Assembly: GCA_044222065.1 (NCBI GenBank)
Contig: JBGAOA010000076.1
Span: 1 to 19,000, forward strand
Direction of reading: 5' to 3'
Source of the DNA: Candidatus Eiseniibacteriota bacterium
Lineage (GTDB): Bacteria > Eisenbacteria > RBG-16-71-46
Length of the DNA: 19,000 bases
Shown here: in pieces, positions 1 through 7,371 of the stretch
How the letters are laid out: each line of letters opens with the position of its first letter
Position numbering within the stretch: position 1 is the first letter of the stretch
The notes under the pieces: generated by a model
What the model saw: the letters and a program-made list of their open reading frames with translations, nothing else
The model's database searches: none
Told to the model about the DNA's origin: nothing
Position numbers and translations under genes: made by a program

Positions 1-2
1 TC

Positions 3-1010
3 GGCGACGTCGTGCTGACGACGCCGGCGCTGCGCGCGCTCGCGGCCGGCCACGGCGGCCCGGTGGACGTCGTGACGGACGCCCGCTACGCGCCGCTGCT
101 CGCGGGACTCCCGTTCGTGGGCGAGGTGATCGAGAGTCCGCGCGCGACCGGCGCGACGCTCCGGCTGCGGCGCACGCTCGCCGCACGGCGCTACGCCGCG
201 GTCGTCGACTTCTTCGGCAATCCGCGCACCGCGCTGCTCGTGCGCGGCAGCGGCGCGGAGGTGCGCGCGGGCTACGACCTGCGCGCACGCGCGAGCGCGT
301 ACAACCGCACGGTCCCGCGCACGCGGCGGGGCGCCGACGGGCGCCGCGAGCACGCGTCGGCGACGCACGTGCGGCTCGCGCTCGCGGCCGGCGGACGGGA
401 CGCGGGGCTCCGCGCCGAGATCGCGCGTTCCGCCGCGGCGGACGCGCGCGCGGCGGAACTGCTCGTGGCCGCGGGCGTGCGCGAACCCGGGCGTGCGATC
501 GGGCTCGTCGCCGCCGGCACTTGGCCCACGAAGACCTGGCCCGCGTCGCACGCGGTCGCGCTCGCGCGCCGGCTGCTCGCATCGGGACGCGAGGTCGTGC
601 TGCTGCTCGGGCCGGGCGAGGAGCGCCTCGCGTCGCTGTTCGGCGCGCTCGCGCCCGACGTGTGCGCGCTGCCGCCGTGCGGCGTCGCGGAACTCGCGGC
701 CGTGATCGCGCGGCTCGGCGCCGTCGCGGGCACGGACAGCGGACCGCGGCACCTCGCGGCCGCGCTCGGCGTGCCGAGCGTCGCGTGGTTCGGTCCCACG
801 CATCCCGACAACTGGCAGCCGCCCGAGGGTCCGCACGCGTTCTGGTTCAGCGACGCGCCCTGCCGCGGCTGCGATCTCACCTCGTGCCCTCACTGGACGT
901 GCATGACGCGGCTCCATCCGGACGCCGCGGCGGCGCTCGTCCTCGCCCACGTGGAGCGACATGAACGACACCCGGCGCGCCCCGATCTCGGTCCTGCTGC
1001 TCGCGCGTGA
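3..1010 (+). CDS. Glycosyltransferase family 9 (ADP-heptose:LPS heptosyltransferase-like), 5'-truncated by the window edge
   Basis: The frame is open from base 3 and reads GDVVLTTP, the typical GT9 N-terminal motif, so the true start is upstream of the window. Also has TWPTKTWP, GTDSGPRHLAAALGVPSVAWFGPT and a C-terminal Cys cluster, all typical of WaaC/WaaF/WaaQ-like enzymes. Stop TGA 1008-1010. Confidence 0.92.
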   Translation, partial: GDVVLTTPALRALAAGHGGPVDVVTDARYAPLLAGLPFVGEVIESPRATGATLRLRRTLAARRYAAVVDFFGNPRTALLVRGSGAEVRAGYDLRARASAYNRTVPRTRRGADGRREHASATHVRLALAAGGRDAGLRAEIARSAAADARAAELLVAAGVREPGRAIGLVAAGTWPTKTWPASHAVALARRLLASGREVVLLLGPGEERLASLFGALAPDVCALPPCGVAELAAVIARLGAVAGTDSGPRHLAAALGVPSVAWFGPTHPDNWQPPEGPHAFWFSDAPCRGCDLTSCPHWTCMTRLHPDAAAALVLAHVERHERHPARPDLGPAARA

Positions 1011-1734
1011 CGAGACGGCGGAACTCGAGCGCCTGCTGCCGGCGCTCGCGTTCGCGGCCGAGATCGTCGTCGTGTGGGACTCGGGCGGAGACCCGGCGAC
1101 TCGCGCCGCGGCCGAGCGGTCGGGCGCGCGCGTGCTCGCGCGCGCGCTCGACGGCTTCGGCCCGCAGCGGGCGTTCGCGCTCGCGCACTGCCGCGAGCCG
1201 TGGGTGCTGTGGGTGGATGCGGACGAGCGGCCCGACGCGCGCGCGATCGCGGCGGCGGCGGACGCCGCCGCGTCCTCCGAAGTCGCGGCGTACACGCTCG
1301 AGCGCCGGACGTACTTCCTCGGGCGCGAGATCCGCTGGTGCGGCTGGCGCGGCGAGCGCGTGCTGCGGCTCTTCCGGCGCGAGCACGCGCGCTTCGACGA
1401 CGCTCCCGTGCACGAGCGCGTGCTCGTGACGGATCCGGTGCGCCCGCTCGCGGGCACGCTGGAACACCACAGCTACGCGACGTGGGACGCGTGCGTGGCG
1501 AAGCTCCGGCGCTACGCGCACGCCGGCGCCGAGAAGGCGTGGCGCGCCGGTCGGCGCGCGAGCGCGCTCGACGTCGTCGTGCGGCCGCCGCTCCGCTTCG
1601 TCCGCATGTACGTCCTGCAGCTCGGCGTGCTGGACGGCGCGCACGGGGCGATCGTGTGCGCGCTCGCCGCCGCGCAGGTGCTGCTCAAGTACGCGGAGCT
1701 GTGGTCGCGCGGCCGCGCGGAGCGCCGCGGCTGA
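961..1734 (+). CDS. Glycosyltransferase family 2, WaaE/KdtX-like LPS core beta-glucosyltransferase-like
   Basis: ISVLLLARDE, DSG, GFGPQR, WVLWVDADE (DxD), RLFRR, PVHE, LEHHSY and YVLQLGVLDGAHG match the KdtX/WaaE-type GT2 pattern. GGAG at 953-956 precedes ATG 961. Confidence 0.9.
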   Translation: MNDTRRAPISVLLLARDETAELERLLPALAFAAEIVVVWDSGGDPATRAAAERSGARVLARALDGFGPQRAFALAHCREPWVLWVDADERPDARAIAAAADAAASSEVAAYTLERRTYFLGREIRWCGWRGERVLRLFRREHARFDDAPVHERVLVTDPVRPLAGTLEHHSYATWDACVAKLRRYAHAGAEKAWRAGRRASALDVVVRPPLRFVRMYVLQLGVLDGAHGAIVCALAAAQVLLKYAELWSRGRAERRG

Positions 1735-2789
1735 TGCGCGTCGGATTCTTCGGCGCCTACGACCCGGCGTACCCGCGCAACCGCATCCTGCGCGAGGGTC
1801 TTGCGCGGCACGGCGTCGAGGTCGTCGAGGCGCGCGTGCGCGAGACGCGCGCGTTCCGGCGCTGGCCGGCGCTGGCGGCGGCGTGGGCGCGCATCTCGAA
1901 CCGCTGCGACGTCGTGCTCGTCGCCGAGTTCCGGCACAAGGACGTCGCGCTCGCGCGGCTGCTCGCCGGGCCGCGGCCGGTCGTGTTCGACCCGCTCGTG
2001 TCGCGCTGGGACACGCTCGTCGGCGACTGGGGGATCCACGCGCCGGGCTCCGCGCAGTCGACGTGGAACCGCACGATCGACCGCATCGCGTTCGGGCTCG
2101 CGGCGCGCGTGCTGTGCGACACGTGGGCGCACGGCGCGCTGTTCGAGTCGCTCGGCGCGGCCCGGTCGCGGCTCGCGCGCGTGCTCGTCGGCGCCGAGCG
2201 CGCGTTCTTCGACGTGCCGCCGCCGCCCGCGTCGGGGCCCGTGCGCGTGCTCTACGTGGGAGGATTCCTGCCGCTCCACGGCGCGCGCACGATCGTCGAG
2301 GCCGCGCGCCGTCTCGCCGGGCGCCGCGACCTGCCGGCGCACGAGATCGTGCTCGCGGGGAAGGGCATCGAGTTCGACGCGTGCCGCGAACTCGCGCGCG
2401 GCGTTCCGAACGTGTCGCTGCCGGGCGCGGTGCCCTACGCGACGCTGCCCGGCCTGCTCGCGGGGGCGCACGTCGTGCTCGGCGCGTTCGGCGCCGGGGA
2501 GAAGGCGGGACGCGTCGTCCCGCACAAGTGCTATCAGGGGCTCGCGGCCGGGCGCGCGGTCGTGAGCGGCGACGGGCCCGGGCCGCGCGAGGTGCTCGAG
2601 GACGGCGCGAACGCGCGGCTCGTGCCGCGCGGCGATTCCGCAGCGCTGGCCGACGCGCTCGCCGCGCTGATCGCGGACGAGCGGGCGCGCGCGTCGCTCG
2701 GCGCCGCGGCCGCCGCGACGGCGCGCGCGGTCGCGACTCCGGAGGCGGTCGGCGCGAGCCTCGTCTCGGTGCTGGAGGCGGTCGCGTGA
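1734..2789 (+). CDS. Glycosyltransferase family 4 (GT-B fold), 351 aa
   Basis: The real start is ATG 1734, overlapping the upstream stop (TGATG), inside the longer 1074..2789 ORF. MRVGFFGAYDPAYPRN start, VLYVGGFLPLHG and VVPHKCYQGLAAGRAVVSGD match GT4. Confidence 0.88.
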   Translation: MRVGFFGAYDPAYPRNRILREGLARHGVEVVEARVRETRAFRRWPALAAAWARISNRCDVVLVAEFRHKDVALARLLAGPRPVVFDPLVSRWDTLVGDWGIHAPGSAQSTWNRTIDRIAFGLAARVLCDTWAHGALFESLGAARSRLARVLVGAERAFFDVPPPPASGPVRVLYVGGFLPLHGARTIVEAARRLAGRRDLPAHEIVLAGKGIEFDACRELARGVPNVSLPGAVPYATLPGLLAGAHVVLGAFGAGEKAGRVVPHKCYQGLAAGRAVVSGDGPGPREVLEDGANARLVPRGDSAALADALAALIADERARASLGAAAAATARAVATPEAVGASLVSVLEAVA

Positions 2790-3898
2790 AGACGCTGCAC
2801 GTGGACACGGGGCGCGACTGGCGGGGAGGCCAGGCGCAGGTGCTGCACCTCGCGCGCGGGCTCGTCGCGCGCGGCCACGAGGCGACGCTGCTCACGCCCG
2901 ACGGCCCGCTCGCGGAGCGGGCGCGCGCGGCCGGGATCGCGGTGCGACGCCTCGGCGCCCGCGGCGAGTGGAACCCGTTCGCCGCCGCCGAGACGCTCGC
3001 CGCGATCCGCGCGGCCGGCGCCGGGATCGTGCACGCGCACAGCGCGCACGCGCATCCGCCCGCGGCGATCGCGGGAGCGCTCGCGGGCGTTCCGGTCGTG
3101 GTCTCGCGGCGCGTCGACTTCGCGATCGCCCGGCACGCGGGCAGCGCGCTCAAGTACCGCCTTCCGGTCGCCCGCTACCTGTGCATCAGCCGGGGCGTTC
3201 GCGACGTGATGCGCGCGGGCGGAGTGCCCGAGTCGCGGCTCGCGCTCGTGCCGAGCGGCGTGCCGCTCGCCGACCGTGCGGCGATCGCAGCGCGCGCCGC
3301 CGCGGGGCCGTCGCTGCGCGCGCTCATCGGCGCGCCGGACTCGGCGCCGGTCGTCGGCACGGTGGCCGCGCTCGCGCCGCACAAGGATCACGCGACGCTG
3401 CTCGAGGCGGCGGCGCTCGTCCACCGCGAGCGCCCCGACGTGCGTTTCGCCTGGCTCGGCGCGGACGACGGATGCGAAGCGGCGCTGCGGCGCGCGCGGA
3501 CGCGCCTGGGGCTCGAACCGGTGGTCGCGCTGCTCGGGTTCCGCGACGACGCGCTGGAACTGCTGTCGCAGTTCACCCGCTTCGCGCTCTCGAGTTCGGA
3601 AGAAGGGCTGTGCACGTCGCTGCTCGACGCGCAGGCGCTCGGGATCCCGATCGTCGCGACGCGCGTCGGCGGCATTCCCGACGTGGTCGAGGACGGCGTG
3701 ACGGGCCGGCTCGCTCCGCCGCGCGATCCCGCCGCATTCGCGCGCGCTCTCGTCGCCTCGCTCGCGGACGAGGCGGGGGCGCGCGCCGGGGCGCTTCGGG
3801 CCGCGGACGCGGTCCGGGCGTTCAGCGTCGACGCGATGGTCGAGGGAACGCTGCGGGTGTACGACGCCGTGTGGCGCGAGCGCACGGGGGCGCGATGA
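2786..3898 (+). CDS. Glycosyltransferase family 4 (GT-B fold), 370 aa
   Basis: GTG 2786 in a GTGA overlap with GGAGG at 2774-2778, inside the longer 1883..3898 ORF. Motifs LHVDTGRDWRGGQAQV, IVHAHS, SRRVDF, KDHATLL and EGLCTSLLDAQALGIPIVATRVGGIPDVV (EX7E-like motif ending in D). Confidence 0.9.
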   Translation: MKTLHVDTGRDWRGGQAQVLHLARGLVARGHEATLLTPDGPLAERARAAGIAVRRLGARGEWNPFAAAETLAAIRAAGAGIVHAHSAHAHPPAAIAGALAGVPVVVSRRVDFAIARHAGSALKYRLPVARYLCISRGVRDVMRAGGVPESRLALVPSGVPLADRAAIAARAAAGPSLRALIGAPDSAPVVGTVAALAPHKDHATLLEAAALVHRERPDVRFAWLGADDGCEAALRRARTRLGLEPVVALLGFRDDALELLSQFTRFALSSSEEGLCTSLLDAQALGIPIVATRVGGIPDVVEDGVTGRLAPPRDPAAFARALVASLADEAGARAGALRAADAVRAFSVDAMVEGTLRVYDAVWRERTGAR

Positions 3899-3905
3899 GC
3901 GCTCG

Positions 3906-3947
3906 CTCCGGGGGCGTTTCGATCGCGTGCGCGCGCGCCGGAGTTTT
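3906..3947 (+). terminator. Possible weak intrinsic terminator after the glycosyltransferase operon
   Basis: CTCCGG (3906-3911) pairs with CCGGAG (3938-3943) and is followed by TTTT (3944-3947), just after stop 3898. The loop is long (26 nt) and the U-tract short. Confidence 0.3.
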
Positions 3948-4028
3948 CGCGCCGTTGTTCATGGGCCGTCACGGTCCGCCTCTTGCAGCGTCGCGCCTCA
4001 CCCGCGCGCCGCGCGTCGAGGCCGGGCC

Positions 4029-4057
4029 TTGATTCGACCGTCGCCGCGGAGTAGCCT
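4029..4057 (+). promoter_or_regulatory. Sigma70-type promoter for rseP and downstream genes
   Basis: TTGATT (4029-4034), 17-nt spacer, TAGCCT (4052-4057, TAnnnT). Followed by SD-like AAGGAG at 4079-4084. Confidence 0.65.
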
Positions 4058-4090
4058 GCGGCAAATTCGTTAGCCTGCAAGGAGTTGAAC

Positions 4091-5455
4091 GTGCTCTTGA
4101 ACGCGGTTCTTCCGGGCGTCCTGCTGCTCGGCGTGGTCATTTTCGTGCACGAGCTCGGCCACTTCCTGATGGCCAAGGCTCGCGGCGTGCGGGTGCTCCG
4201 CTTCTCGCTCGGCTTCGGGCCCGCGATGCTCTCGGCGACCCGGGGCGAGACCGAGTACCGGCTGTCCTGGGTGCCCCTCGGCGGCTACGTCCAGATGGCG
4301 GGCGACTCGCCCGGCGAAGACCAGTCGATGCCGACGCGCGACGACGAGTTCCTGTCGCACCACTGGTTCGGCCGGCTGCTCATCGCGGTCGCCGGACCCG
4401 CCGCGAACCTCGTCACCGCGTTCTTCGTGCTCGCGCTCGTCGGCATGGTCGGCGTCACGTATCCGGACCATCCGAACGTGCTCGGTCCCACGCCCGACAC
4501 CTCGCTCGCCTACCGCGCGGGCCTGCGCGAAGGCGACCGCATCGTCGCCGTGAACGGACGGGCGACCGGGAGCTGGATCGCGATCTTCACGACGAACGAC
4601 CGGATTCCCTCGGCGCAGTCCACGACGCTCGCCGTCGAGCGCGCCGGCGCGCGCTTCGACGTGGCGCTCGCGCCGGGCGACCGCGAGCCCGTGATGTCGA
4701 GCCTGCGCCGGCCGTCCGATCCGCCGGTCGTCGGCGCCGTCGTCACCGGCATGCCGGCGTACAAGTCGGGGCTGCGCGAAGGCGACCGGATCCTGGCCGT
4801 GGACGGAACCGCGATCGCGAAGTGGGAAGAGCTGCCGCGCGCGCTCGAAGGCAAGGTCGACCGCCCCGTGCGGCTCGACGTCGCGCGCGGCGCGCAGACG
4901 TTCACGGTGACGGTGACGCCAATCAATCCCGACGGCGGCAGCGGACGCACGGCGCGCATCGGCGTCGAGGCGCCGCGGCACGGCGTGTACGTCGAGCGCC
5001 ACGGCCCGATCGAGTCGCTGCAGCTCGCCTGGAACGGCACGGGCGCGCTCGTCGCTTCGGTGTACTCGAGCATGTGGCTCACCGTGTCGCGCCCGCTCTA
5101 CTACCGCGAGTACCTCGGCGGCCCGCTGTTCATCGCGCAGGCCGCGAGCGAACAGGCGCGGCGCGGATTCGATTCGTACCTGCAGTTCCTCGCGATGATC
5201 AACATCGCCGTGATGGCCTTCAACCTGCTCCCGCTGCCGGTGCTGGACGGCGGCCACATCCTGTTGGCCCTGCTCCAGGCGATCCGGCGTCAGGCGCTGT
5301 CGGCGCGCGCGTACCTGCGCTTCCAGCAGATCGGACTCGTCGTCATCGGGCTCCTGTTCATCTTCATCCTCGCGAACGACCCGTGGCGGCTCGTCCAGCG
5401 TCAGCGCGCGCTGCAGCGGACGCCGCAGGAGACCCCGGTTGCGCCTTCTCCGTGA
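4091..5455 (+). CDS. rseP: RIP metalloprotease RseP (site-2 protease, M50B) with two PDZ domains
   Basis: HELGH (4148-4162), FSLGFGP, PLGGYVQMAG, IAVAGPAAN, two PDZ signatures (GLREGDRIVAVNG, GLREGDRILAVDG) and NLLPLPVLDGGH. GTG 4091 is preferred over TTG 4085 because AAGGAG (4079-4084) is 6 nt upstream of it. Confidence 0.95.
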   Translation: MLLNAVLPGVLLLGVVIFVHELGHFLMAKARGVRVLRFSLGFGPAMLSATRGETEYRLSWVPLGGYVQMAGDSPGEDQSMPTRDDEFLSHHWFGRLLIAVAGPAANLVTAFFVLALVGMVGVTYPDHPNVLGPTPDTSLAYRAGLREGDRIVAVNGRATGSWIAIFTTNDRIPSAQSTTLAVERAGARFDVALAPGDREPVMSSLRRPSDPPVVGAVVTGMPAYKSGLREGDRILAVDGTAIAKWEELPRALEGKVDRPVRLDVARGAQTFTVTVTPINPDGGSGRTARIGVEAPRHGVYVERHGPIESLQLAWNGTGALVASVYSSMWLTVSRPLYYREYLGGPLFIAQAASEQARRGFDSYLQFLAMINIAVMAFNLLPLPVLDGGHILLALLQAIRRQALSARAYLRFQQIGLVVIGLLFIFILANDPWRLVQRQRALQRTPQETPVAPSP

Positions 5456-7367
5456 GGCGCGCGCCCTCGCGCTCGCGCTCGCGCTGAGTCCGTGCGCCGC
5501 GGGAGAGGTCCGGGCGCAGAGCACCGCCGCCGATCTCCCCGCCGCGCTCAAGTCCGTCGCATCCGTCCGCCTCGTCGGCCGCAGGCACGTTCCCTCGAAG
5601 GAACTGTGGGCGGCGCTCAAGACCCGCAGGCCTTCGAGCCTGCCGTGGGCGGATCGCGCGCCGCTGCGCCCCGACTTCCTGCGCGCGGACACGGCCGCGA
5701 TCGCCGCCGTCTGCCGCCGCCACGGGTTCCTGGACGCGACGGCGACAGTCACGCTCTCGGGCTCCGGGGATCCGCGCGAGGCGCAAGTCATCTTCCGGAT
5801 CGAGGAAGGGCCGCGCTCGCGCATCGAGTCGGTCGAGTTCGCGGGCGTCTCGGGGCACGACGAGAACGTGCTGCGCCGCCGCATCTACGCGCGCCGCGGC
5901 CGCCCGTTCAACCCCGCCTACCTGATCGTGGACACGACGCGCATCTCGAGCGCGTACCAGGAGCGCGGCTACATCCCGAGCGTGCACGCGTCCTTCCGCC
6001 GCGACTCGACCCGGGTCACCGTGCGCTACGACGTGCGCGAGGGCCCGCTCTACCGCTTCGGCCCGGTGAACGTCGTCACGATGGGCGAGCCGAACGTTCC
6101 GCCGCAGGTCATCACGCGCGAACTGCTCGTGCGCGAGGGCGAGGTGTTCCGCACGCCCCGCATCGAGCGCTCGATCGAGCGCCTCTACCAGACGAACCTG
6201 TTCAGCCAGGTCCAGATGAGCGCGCGGCCCGACTCGGCGCGCGCCCTGATGGACATGGACCTGCGCGTGCGCGAGCGCAAGCCGCGCTGGCTCGACGCCG
6301 GCGTCGGCAGCGGCTCGGCCGAACGCATGCGCGCGACCGCGGAGTGGGGCCATCGCAACCTCGGACGCCGCGCGCTGCGCGGCACGATCGCGGGCACCGG
6401 CGCGCTCGATGCGCGCGCGAAGTTCCTGCTCGCGCGCGCCGAGGCCTCGATCGGCGAGCCGTGGCTGTTCGGCACGCGCACGGCGGGCGTCGCGACGATC
6501 GGGACCGAGCGCGCCGACGTGCGCGAGGGCGCCGACCGGTGGGTCATCCGCCAGACGCGCCACACGGTGAAATTCCTGCTCAGCCGCGAACTCGGGCGCT
6601 ACTCGAAGCTCGGCCTCTCGCAGGAGAACGAGTTCGTGGACCAGGACCTCGACATCCTGAATTCGACGCTGCCCGATTCGGTGCGCATTCCGCTCGTCGA
6701 ATCCACGATTCCGCACTACACGACGAACCGTCTCGTGCTGCTCGTTGACCGCGACCTGCGCGACGTGCCGTTCAACCCGACGCGCGGTTCGATCCAGAAC
6801 TTCACCGCGCAGATCGTGCGCGGCAGTTCGAGCTTCCGGAAGGCCGAACTGCTGTCGTCGTGGTACACGCCGTCCCAGAACGGCGTGATCCTCGCGGCGC
6901 ACGTGCGCGCGGGCGTGATCGATCCGTTCGGCGGCGGGCAGTTCACGCCCGGCACCGAGGACGAGCGACTCGCGCGCGTGCCGATCTCGGACCGCTTCCG
7001 CATCGGCGGAGTGAACTCGCTGCGCGGCTACGAGGAGAACCAGATCCCCTCCGAGGGCGGGCTCGCGATCCTGCAGGGCAACCTCGAGCTGCGCGTGCCG
7101 CTGCTCGGGCCGCTCGGCGCCGAGTTCTTCGTGGACGGCGGAAACGTGTGGAGCCGCTACGAGCAGATCCGGCTCGCGGACTTCCGTCCGCGCGTGAGCC
7201 GCGATCCGCTGTCGCCGGCCGAAGTGCGCTACGTGTTCGGGTTCGGGCCGCGCCTGGACCTGCCGATCGGCCCGCTGCGCGTGGACGTGAGCTGGAACCT
7301 GAGGCCCGAGACCGTGCGCCGCTACCTGCTCCCGCGCTGGCAGTTCGCGATCGGGCCGGCTTTCTGA
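5439..7367 (+). CDS. Omp85-family outer membrane protein with 3 POTRA domains (TamA-like), 642 aa
   Basis: Signal peptide ending VRA-Q. Three POTRA-like repeats end in IFRIEEG, YDVREG and LRVRER. Barrel has FRIGGVNSLRGY (LRGY 7020-7031), NLELRVP, FVDGGNVW and C-terminal WQFAIGPAF. AGGAG at 5427-5431 precedes TTG. Directly upstream of a TamB-like gene. Confidence 0.88.
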   Translation: MRLLREARALALALALSPCAAGEVRAQSTAADLPAALKSVASVRLVGRRHVPSKELWAALKTRRPSSLPWADRAPLRPDFLRADTAAIAAVCRRHGFLDATATVTLSGSGDPREAQVIFRIEEGPRSRIESVEFAGVSGHDENVLRRRIYARRGRPFNPAYLIVDTTRISSAYQERGYIPSVHASFRRDSTRVTVRYDVREGPLYRFGPVNVVTMGEPNVPPQVITRELLVREGEVFRTPRIERSIERLYQTNLFSQVQMSARPDSARALMDMDLRVRERKPRWLDAGVGSGSAERMRATAEWGHRNLGRRALRGTIAGTGALDARAKFLLARAEASIGEPWLFGTRTAGVATIGTERADVREGADRWVIRQTRHTVKFLLSRELGRYSKLGLSQENEFVDQDLDILNSTLPDSVRIPLVESTIPHYTTNRLVLLVDRDLRDVPFNPTRGSIQNFTAQIVRGSSSFRKAELLSSWYTPSQNGVILAAHVRAGVIDPFGGGQFTPGTEDERLARVPISDRFRIGGVNSLRGYEENQIPSEGGLAILQGNLELRVPLLGPLGAEFFVDGGNVWSRYEQIRLADFRPRVSRDPLSPAEVRYVFGFGPRLDLPIGPLRVDVSWNLRPETVRRYLLPRWQFAIGPAF

Positions 7368-7371
7368 CGCC

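Noticed and set aside
1074..2785. N-terminal extensions of the ORF-track calls 1074..2789 and 1883..3898
   Set aside because: The extensions are off-frame text over the preceding genes. Real starts are 1734 (TGATG overlap) and 2786 (GTGA overlap with GGAGG).
3895..4032. Small ORF MSARSGGVSIAC... starting at an ATGA overlap with the GT4 stop
   Set aside because: 45 codons with no motif and atypical codon usage, running through the putative terminator and into the rseP promoter.
4523..4788. Exact 17-bp direct repeat CTGCGCGAAGGCGACCG (4523-4539 and 4772-4788)
   Set aside because: It encodes LREGDR in each of the two PDZ domains of RseP, 83 codons apart. This is a protein domain repeat, not a mobile or CRISPR repeat.
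5484..5495. Possible lipobox LSPC in the TamA-like protein (TamL-type lipoprotein)
   Set aside because: Pro at -1 does not fit the lipobox consensus, and VRA-Q is a better SPase I site.
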